A DNA stretch of 64,000 nucleotides, from positions 38,750,001 through 38,814,000 of the forward strand of contig NC_134482.1 of NCBI RefSeq assembly GCF_964194025.1, read 5' to 3'. The position numbers and the translations under genes are program-made. The DNA comes from Convolutriloba macropyga (taxonomy: Eukaryota). The notes below the pieces were generated by a model that saw only the letters and a program-made list of their open reading frames with translations, was not told the origin of the DNA and did no database searches. Each line of letters begins with the position of its first letter. The first letter of the stretch is position 1. Below, in pieces: positions 54,211 to 64,000 of the stretch.

Positions 54211-56414
54211 AAATCATTTAAAAGTTAGACTAAATCAACAGAGGTAGAGTCACAAACTGTCTAAAAAAATAGTTAATATGCATGCTATTTGTTACAATTT
54301 TTTGGCTTTAAGTTTGCTGGAAAACAATATAGTTTTCAAATTCGAATAGTAAAAAATCTGCGAGATTTTTTAAAAAACAAAATAAATATTGTGCTCATGA
54401 GGCATCAAAAAAATTCCTTTTAATTATTAATACCCAAATTACAAATACCGTTGCTATCGCCTCAACCAGTCGACAACAAGTTTTCGAGATAAAACGAAGA
54501 AGACCTAAAGCAACGGTGACGATTCTTGGGTCAGCTGCCAAATATCAGTTGACAGAAGAAATATTATATAATGTTTCTTTTGGTGTTGGGATTTGTATTT
54601 AGGTGATTGTGTTTTTGTGTGCAAGATGTGTTTGTAAATTTGTAAATTTGTATGATCTGTGTGCTTGTAATTGTCTGTCTCTGTGTCTTTCAATTAGTAC
54701 TACATTTTTTTTCCAAAATTAGCTAGGGACTTTTTTGGTTGTTGTCTGTTGAAAAAGATGGTGTACTTTTTGATTTGAACAGTTCAGGCAATTTCACCAA
54801 TGCGTATTATTTATTTTTGGACACCCTCAGCAGTTTCTCTGACAGAAATTTATAGTTTTTTGCAACCTTGAGAGTTATGTTGTTTTACTGAGGAAACGTC
54901 ACATTTTTTTTGTAATTTTTCGAATGGCAAACTCTTTTTTGGAAAATATCCTGTTCTCAGAATCCCTCCAGTTCTGCCTGTTTCTTTTTTGTTTTGCTTG
55001 GCTACACCTAAAGTATTTGCAGCTGTCTTTAATTTTTTCTTTTGTAGCTAATACAAACGAAATTGTGAAATTTGTTGCATAGCTGCATACTACTCCTCGT
55101 TTTTTGTCAATTATGTCAAAATACGAATCAAAGAATCACACTCGAATTGAAAATTATGGGACTGTGATTCGAATTAGTTACCACACGGTGGTTTGAGCTT
55201 GGTGGTAGAGCATTTCAGCTCTGAATCAGTCTCCGGACATGCTTTTTTCTGAATGGCCATTACTCTGTGCATGTAACGATAAACACTGCATAGTTTTGAT
55301 TTTCACTTTAAATTTGCTGCATGAAAAATAACATGTTCAGCTCAACTGTTGCCAAAAAGTGTGTTTTGCATGTGATTCAAACTTTGATTATATAAGCTAA
55401 GTGGGCCTTGTGGTAATTGCCTACAAACTAGATGAACTATAATGAGTGTGAATTCTACTATAGAAAAAACCGGTTATAAGTTGCAAAAGCATGACTTTTT
55501 TCTGCGCAGACTTAATTTAGAGTAAGAGTAATTTTCAGACGAAACAGGGTAATTTAGCATGAACGAATTGTTTGATCTAATATATTCATATATTCATAGC
55601 TGTACATAAAAAATCTCAAAATGTTCTGGAGGTGCAACATTTCACAACTCAATTATATTTTTACTAATGAAATGTGCTGGTTCAGCGCTAAATTGCCCAG
55701 ACACTATAAAATATCAACTCAAACCTTTTCCGCGTAATCTTGTGAAGTGTTTGAGTTAAGAGCTGTCTTAATTATAGAGGTGTTTCGTTGAAATTAACAT
55801 CAGGATCATACGTTGAACTAAAAATATGCCTTTTGAAAAATATTCGAGATCCTTGATATGAAAGAAAAGATCAAAAAACCCTAAGTTCAGGTCCCAGACC
55901 AAAATAGCTCCAATTTAGATTGCTCCATGCCAATATCACATTTGATCAGTCTGCCCCAGGGCTAACGTGACCTCTGGGGAGACAAATTTAAGACCATTAT
56001 CCAGACCATCTGAAAGGAAAACACGTCATCTGGTTAAGCTTTATAGTTCGTGCCTTCTTGGTCTGTAAATTCTGTCATTGTTGCTAAAAATTTTTTAGTA
56101 AGATGTCCATTTTTAAATAATCGGCACATTTTTAGTCATTGATTCTGCTGGAAGTTAATTGGAACTATTAATACATATACGTTATGATGAAGACCCTGAT
56201 CTTTTGGAACTGCGTCTCTCCCCCTCTGTAATATGACCCTCCATAATTGATACTTTCACAAATAACTATATAATTGTATTCATAAACTGTAATGGATAGC
56301 GCACTCGGGGGGCTGATACGGGCCTAGGATAATTAGTTTTATTATAGGAGACGGAGGGGGAAGAGACAGCTCCAAATATAGGGGTTCCTTGTCAACTAAG
56401 TCTGTTCTTTGGTT

Positions 56415-58889
56415 TTATTGGAGACAACTTTTGCATGTAATAGCCCCGTCCGTAACAACAGAACTCCCACTCATGAAATCAGTTTCACTTGATGCTATGA
56501 AAGTGACCAAACTAGCGACATCTTGCGCATTTCCTATTCGCCCAATTGGGTGTTCCTTTGTTTGTCTGGCCCAGAATTCGTCAATAAATTCCTTAGGAAT
56601 ACCCGAGTTGACTCCAAAGGGTGTCCCAATAATACCTTCAAAATTGCGCCCAGCAGTCTTTATACCTGTCTGGTATAATGCAAAACACTTAACTTAATAA
56701 AAACTTTGTTGCTCATTTTTTCAGAACTTTTGAAATTACCAATTCATGATCGTGAACTGAAAAAAGAAAGTTAAACTAGCTGAGATTTTCACAACAATTA
56801 TTTAATATAATTGAGTGGTTAAACAATTCAGAAATACGAAGGGAAATTAAAGGTCTTTTTGAAGTAAAGGGTCGCTGATTAATTATATATGATAATTTGA
56901 CGTGCCACTAAGAAATGGTTTTAGAATTGTTTAAAGAAAATCTAATTATGAGATTTGATTGTCTCAAAATTAGAGGATCTTCCGATTCTGCACCCCCCCA
57001 AGCTTACTGGGCGCGTATTATTTGTGCCCCCCTCCCCAGACGCACGTGCTATATTTTTCATAATGATTTATTATGTAATGGCACGTGCTCTGCGTGCAAC
57101 TGGGGGTGGGGGGCACAAACGGAAAAGATCCAAATTAGATGACGATCAAATTGTAGTGGCCTTTTTATAACATTTTGATTCTTTTTCTATCCTTTTAGCC
57201 GAGATTTTTCTTTCATTTTTTGAGAGATTCCGCATGGCATGCAACTAATTTCACAATTTTTCAGAGAGAAATCTAGAAAAATGTGACGTGTTAAGAGCTC
57301 TGATGTATTATCAATACGAAAAACGCTTCTTTTCCATGATATTTCAGAAATGACGTTGTTTGTAATTGCTGAGCGTTTTTTCCCTGGATTCACGTTGTTG
57401 GCACGAATCCCGTTTTTTCCTTCCTCAAGTGCAATGCATTTCGTGAACATATCCAGGGCCGCCTTACTCATGCAATAAAATCCCATATTTTCCACTGGAG
57501 TTGTTGCCAAAACCGACGAGTTATTTACAATATTACCTTTGGTCTCACGTAAATAAGGAATACATAATTTGGTCAAACGAATCGTGGATTTGAGATTGAC
57601 ATCAAAAATGGTGTCGTAAGTTTTGATTGGTTGATCGGAGAGAAGACCAAATATGGTAAACCCAGCATTGTTGAATAAAATGTCAATACGACCAAATTTC
57701 GCGATGCAGTTGTCAACTATTTTTTCACATAGTCCTTCAGTGAGCAAGTCACCTGAAAAAATATTTGAAGTGATTCCTGATTGTCGAATTTCTTTTTGTA
57801 AAATGAAAACAAGTTTTTGTTTTTCAAACTCTTTATTGTACTTAACGTACTAACATTTTCCTACATTTAAAACCAAAGACAATAAAGATTTAAGTTTTCA
57901 AAAAACATACAGAGCTCTTCTTCAGCAAAAAAAACTTTTTTTCCGTAGAAGTTTGATGCTACCAACGTTCAATCATTCTTTGTTTCGAAGCCAAAAACAC
58001 ATTGAACTTCCTACAAATTGGTCCCTTTTTTCGGTCTCTTGGATTAAAAATGCAACTGCAATTCACGAAAAATGTTTGATTGAATTCTACACAGGGGACC
58101 AATTCTTCCATGAACTACAACCTAAAAGAAAACTTAATTAATTGTATTCCTTAGCTAGATTCAATTTAGACTAGATAAAAATTGTAAACGTAGCTATGAT
58201 CCTGAACGTCTTGAAAAATTTTGCTGTGCGGCAAAAAAATCAGAGAAGATCAAGAAAATTCTTGCAGCGTACACTAAACCACAATAATATCAACAAGATT
58301 ATTCAAGAAAAAATTGTTTTCCTGTCTCCTGATGTTGCTATCAATTAATTTTACAATAATCAGAACTCGATTTAAATTTGAACTCTTCGTTTGTACTAAA
58401 TTGATGTTGTCGATAAATCAATTGCGCTTTTTATTATCACAATTTATATAAGTCAGAATAGAAAGCTTTCGAAGCAATTGGCAAATTTTAAATTAAAATT
58501 TATTGGACATATAATGTATTGAAAAACTTTAATGAAATACTGGGTCAATTTGAGCATATTTTCAAAGTCAGTTCAAAATTAGTTGAGCATATTTTTAGTT
58601 TTTTCAAAGTCTTAAGAAAAATCAGAACCTCCGAAGTCAAAACTTAGACGCTGAAAGTTCTGAGTCCTAATGTCAAAAGAAGAGCAAGCTAACCTTGAAC
58701 CAATAAAACTTCAGCATCTTTGTTGGCCGTTAGGCAATCTTGTTTTGTTTTTTGTAGTCCTTCTATGTTGCGACCATTGAGACAGAGTTTTGTGATTCCC
58801 TTTTCCACAAATTTCACAGCCGTCTCTTGTCCTATTCCAGAACTAGCTCCAGTTATAATCACCACTTTCTCATCTGAGAACAGTTTCAT
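56415..58889 (-). CDS. Classical SDR, paralog 2; exons 58889-58694, 57752-57384, 56635-56415; 261 aa
   Basis: Same motifs and exon lengths (196/369/221) as paralog 1; exon 3 hand-translated IIGTPFGVNSGIPKEFIDEFW...HPIGRIG...GSSVVTDGAITCKSCLQ*; introns GT-AG (941 nt) and GG-AG (748 nt). Confidence 0.9.
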
Positions 58890-59778
58890 AATTACTACTT
58901 GCTTTATCCTCAAAACGTGAACTAATATTTAAACAAGAACGAAAATCTAAACGTGTCACTAAAGTTCAATTTGAACAATGCTCAAGTTAGAAGAGCAGAA
59001 ATTTAATGTCAATCCAAACAAAACGAACAATAGCTTCAATAGTAAACAATTGCAATTGCCAACGTTTCAAATTTCTGCAAACAAATTTTATCTCAAATGC
59101 CATCAATAATTTGTCAAGGTTTGTCCGAAGAAAGACACAGGGGTTATTTTCGAACAATTTAATGTTTGTTTGATGGGCTTAAATTCAAGTGGCTAAAGTA
59201 TAAGTCGTACTTCAACTTCGGCAAAAGAATGCTAATTTTCAAACTGTATCCTAGACAACGAATAATTGAAGGAATAAAAACATTGTAGAATTTGATTATA
59301 ATGATAAAATTGTTTTTTTTTCTATTTTCTGAAAAGTTTTAAAATTTTTTTTTTCGAATTTTTAGGACCCAACGAATAAAAAGTTCTTTTGTAATTTGTT
59401 TTTCAGTATCGAAATAATTAAACTGCGAGGACAGTTTACAGCAGGAATATTAATTTTACATAACTTATTGATTTAGCGGTTACACGACACTTTTCCAAAG
59501 CCGAAAGGACCAAAGGTGGCAAAATACCCAAATTACTGCCCTGAATATTTTTTTAAAAATTCAAAAATCCGAATAAAAGCTTGCTTTCTCATAATTAATC
59601 TGATAATTTAATCCCATGTTCGGTTGAGATAGTTTCAAATCAAATCCTACGGATGGAGGGGCAAACAACTAACTGAGAACCTATTTTAACTGACCTGCAA
59701 ACAAATTGAACAAAGAAACGAATAGAAAAACAGTCAATACAAAAATATCCGCATCGACAAAACTCATGACGCTAATAC

Positions 59779-60279
59779 TGTCGCGGTCGATAACACGGGT
59801 CAAAAGACTTCAACAAAAAAAATTTCAATGAAAATTGGAACTGAAATTACACAAAAATTAGCTCGTATTTATAGTAGTTATCTATGCGAAAATATACAGA
59901 GAAAATTTAGATCACCTAAAAATAATTTACTTGATTGACATGTGAATAGATCTTAGTTCCGAATCCCAGAGGTGATTTTCTATTTTCATCAACATTTCAT
60001 GAGAATCATATATGGCCTAGGTACAATCGAATTCTTTAGTTGGAGGTCAGAGGATGTTAGAATCAAGTTTCTGTTGGCGGGAGAAATTACCTCTGACACA
60101 TGAATGATAGGTCAATAAGATAATGATAGCGCCAAAACAAAACTAGAATTGAGTGTAGTTTTGTGATCATTACTTATCGACAAAACAACATAGTTCGTCA
60201 GGTAAGTTATTCTTTTGTTCTTGGAAACTTCAATAAAGAGAACTTCTAAGTTTCTCGATGTTTCTTTGAAACCATCACA
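59779..60279 (-). repeat. Probable 3' LTR of the Gypsy element
   Basis: On the minus strand PPT AAAAGGCGGGAGGA precedes TGTGATGG; TATAAATA near 59870; ends ..CCGCGACA; second LTR not in window. Confidence 0.5.
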
Positions 60280-63200
60280 TCCTCCCGCCTTTTTAAAGCA
60301 AGTTTGTGAGTATAAGTTCTCAAAATATGTCGGGTTGTTTTCTATATGTAGTGTTATAGCTTAGGTTAGCTATTTGAATTGGAAGAGTAGAGTGATTACA
60401 CTATATTGAATCTATTGTGGAATCGCAGGGCGAATCCTGAATTATGTGTGTTTTACTAAATTCGCTCAATGGAATCGCAAGGCGAATCCAGATTAAGTTA
60501 GACTTGAGTAAATAAGAAGCGATTACAGAGACAACTTGAATTCAAGAGATTAATCGAGATTAAGCTTACTTAACATAAAATACTATGAAATACAAACTAT
60601 GAAATAAATTAGTAGACTAGCGGGAATATAGTTATATGTGAGTAATAAAAGTCATCATAACCTTAGTTATAAAACGCATGATATAAATATTAAAATAGAG
60701 GGTAATTAATAATTTAGTACACACAAAGATTTCGATATATATTTATGTATCCATAGTTATCACATTTCCCCCATGACAGGAAAAAATTGTGTTATGTATT
60801 TACAATTTTTTAGAAAGAATCAACACAAATAAATTAAATGTGTGGAAAAGAATGAACAGTACAAGTGTCAGAATCATTTGTGGAAAAGCGCCACGATTGT
60901 AAAATTAAATAAACGGGAAGGCATTATTTTATGCATTTGTAGAGCAAATACATGTTGAGAAATATGAGTGCACAAGCAGTGGAGATACTATTGAATACTA
61001 TATGGATGGAACTGCTTGGCGGATGCAGCAATTATAATTTTAAAACACAACGAAAATGGGATTCGCAGAGCGAATACAGATAAGAATTGCAGTTGAGGAA
61101 ATGGGAAATAAAATTAATGAATAAATGAAACATAAATACAAAAAATTGCATTCGCAGAGCGAATACATGACTGAATTTAAAAGGAATGGTTTTTTCAACA
61201 GTTTTGAAGTTTTATCAATTGTCCTTAAATTTTTTGTTCTCAGCATCCCATACTGACATCTCTCTTTCCTGTTCATATTCATAGTAACGAATTCGGGAGT
61301 CGGGTGGAGATACTTGACCAACTTCAATATCGGGCCTTGGTGGAGAGGGAACTCGAGATTGTTCGGCACTTTGAAATAAGGCAAATACCGATTCTTCGGT
61401 GGCTGAACTTTTCTTGCTTTGTTTTTTCGTCTTGCGTTTCTTTGATTTGGAAGGGTTAGCAGTTGTCAAAGAACCAGTCGGGGAAATATCTGCCTCCGTA
61501 AAGCCGTAGAGTTGTTGTCGTTTTCGTTTCCGCCCTTCGTTCTGTGATGCAGTATCTGATACCAGTGACGATTCGAGTTGTTCTTGATGTGGTGGTACTG
61601 GCGGAGCGGGTACTGATGAAGGTCCAGGTTGATCTTGAGATGCACTTTCACTGGGTTCGTTCGGAGGGGCTGTGGTTCGTCTACGTTTAGGTTGTGGCTT
61701 GGAGGGTTTGCGAACGGTTAAAGCAGGGTTGACGTTGGAATTGACGGATGAAAACTACTGATGTGGTGTCGCGTTGTCGGTGACGTATTTTGATTTCTCC
61801 ATTTTCTGTTTTTTCAAGTCATTGCTATGCTTGGCTATTTTTCTTTCTGTTGTTTGTTCATATGGGGCGGGTCTGCGCTGTGCGTAAGTCCACATATTTG
61901 TAGCGCGCTTCGCTTTAGTGCCAAGTTTTGCCAAATCACTGTCCCGAACTTTTACAGGTGCTCGTCCTGGCTCGTTGATGATTGTTGTCGTTGTGGAGGA
62001 TTTGGTCACCTACGATCCAGGTTTGAGTACTTCGTACAAGCCAGCGAGTCGTCTTTTTGCTCTCTTCTTTTTGGGCAGTTTTCTGGCAAGTTTGATGTTT
62101 AAAGAGGCCTCAGTTCTGTGAATGGGGTTCGAAATTTTGGGATGGATTATGAATCGGGATTCCTTGTTATCGGAATCACGATAGCGGCGGCCTGCGTCCT
62201 GTTGTGCCCGACACATATTTTTCTCAATATCCAAATCGCTCCTATCAGGATTGACCCAGCCCAACTCGTCGAGGAAATCATCTGCGGTGACCGTGTCGGC
62301 ATCTAAATAGGGGTTAAAAATTTTTTCATAAGTTAGATTTAGACTCGAAGGAACAGTACTAATATTCTTTAAAGACGTATTTGCAGGGCAACCAAAATGA
62401 GCTTCGAACGGTGTTATCTTTGTGGTTTTCTGTTCTGTTAGAAGGAGGTCTGAAATAATCTGTTTAATTACAGTAGAAGTAGCAAAGGTTTCTTTATTCT
62501 CAGCTTTCTTGCAGGATAGACGCCTTTTTATTGTTTGAATCATTCGCTCCACTAATCAATTAGCCCTATGATCACCTACATGAGCGTCGAGAATGTCAAT
62601 GTTATTTTCATTGCAGTAACTTGTAACTTGTTTACCTACTAGACAGGTGGCTTGATCTAAACGTATTGTTCGCGGAATCCCATGATTATATGCATATTCT
62701 CGGAGAAATTTAACGACATTGGTCCCATTAACATTTTCAAAAATCACAACTGTGGGGTACTTTGAATAACGATCGATACATGTTAAAAAGTAGATTTCTT
62801 TATCTTTTTCATTCAATATTGGACCACCAAAGTCAATTTGAATTTCCTCATTAGGTTCTTGACATAATTTATATGGATGCCACTTAGATTTAGGGATGAT
62901 AGGTTTGAGTTTCTTATCAATATCTGTACACGGAACACAATCGGAAGTTTTCGCAAGAATTTCCCTATGCATGTAGGGCCACCATGCATATTGGGATAAT
63001 GAGATCATCCCCCAACTTCCTGGATGCCTCATATGGATTGGCTCGATTACAGCATCTTTGATCGAGTTCGGGATCGCGACGCGTTCGTCGACGCAAAAGC
63101 ATCCGGACTTAACGTGAAGGTCCTTCCAGAAAGAGTGGATGTAGTGGCTGACCTCTTTATATCTAGCCTCGTCGTCTTGCATCACACAGTCCCTGACTTC

Positions 63201-64000
63201 CTTTAGAACAGCATCCTTGCTGGTGAGAACTGCGGGGAAGGACTTTGTGAAGAGTTGATTTAAATTATTTTCGAAAATCTCCTCACGGGATAGCTCAATG
63301 TCTCGGTGTTCGGGTGATGAAGAGGCCTGGGTTTTGTTGATGCTTGCACTAGTGTTTGTATTTGGCGTGGATTGTGCTGTGAAGGTGACTCGGGGAGTTT
63401 GCGGTGAAGCTGAGGGATTGTTTTGAGCGGACTCATTAGCAGACATTGGGATATGATTTACGTTAGTGCTAGTATTGGTGGTTGAATTGAGCTTTAAACT
63501 TTGTGACTGGATTTGCGGAGCGGATACAGTATTGATTTTGAGCAAATGATTTGCGTGACAATTGAAGTTAGAAAAGTCAATTGAAGTTAGAAATTATTTA
63601 CTTTTGCTAGAGTAGTGAGTGAGTTATTTGAGGTATTTGGAGTATGTGCGCTGCTTTTAGCAATTTTGCAAGAGTGAACGCGAGTCTTGTTTACTTGGAA
63701 CTGACTTTTGCTGGTAGGGTGCCGCTTTTGCAATGGAACTTTGTTTGAGTGACTAAATAAAGTTGCAACTGCGTCGCGAATGCGGGAAATTGTAGATACC
63801 ATGAATTCCTCATCGTATTGAGTAATGCTTTTTGCTTTCTGATTTGGTTGTCGCGAAATATAATCAACTAATCTTATTTTAGTGCCAAGGATATGTTCTA
63901 TATTAAAATCAGAGGGTAGTAAACGATCTATCCACCGTGTTAATCGACTATTATAGGATTTATTTGAACGATGAGATTTTAAAACTGAAAGAAGCGCTCT
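59779..64000 (-). mobile_element. Ty3/Gypsy LTR retrotransposon, 3' part (RNase H end, integrase, 3' region), disrupted
   Basis: RWIDRL..DFNIEHI.G....VDYISR at the window end; integrase H..H.G...WWP.M...C..C zinc finger, QIDFGGP, IDRYSKYP, HGIP..IRLDQ, ERMIQTIK, TPFEAHFG; in-frame stops. Confidence 0.9.

Noticed and set aside
53900-54217. ORFs with ERER/LSLS runs
   Set aside because: Microsatellite translations
56389-58920. Plus-strand ORFs antisense to SDR exons (56389, 57653, 58720; also 47439)
   Set aside because: Antisense shadows of real coding exons

Overview
AT-rich, repeat-dense eukaryotic (metazoan-like) genomic DNA; no prokaryotic features, CRISPR arrays or rRNA. Mobile content: a decayed protein-primed PolB of Polinton/adintovirus type (280-4452), LINE RT relics, a nonsense-mutated CACTA/EnSpm-type transposon (24388-28796), several non-autonomous CCC...GGG elements with 2-bp TSDs, a ~160-bp MITE family, satellites, and the 3' half of a Gypsy LTR element (59779-64000). 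Host genes: a small secreted Cys-rich peptide precursor, an unannotated 4-exon myristoylation-motif pseudogene, an orphan exon, and two tandem 3-exon short-chain dehydrogenase (SDR) paralogs with identical exon sizes (196/369/221 nt, 261 aa). Main finding: three of the four SDR introns need non-GT donors (GC, GA, GG). The GA-AG and GG-AG introns each have complementary sequences just inside their two ends, and these co-vary between the paralogs, suggesting structure-assisted definition of non-canonical introns. All gene models were derived by hand without transcript data.
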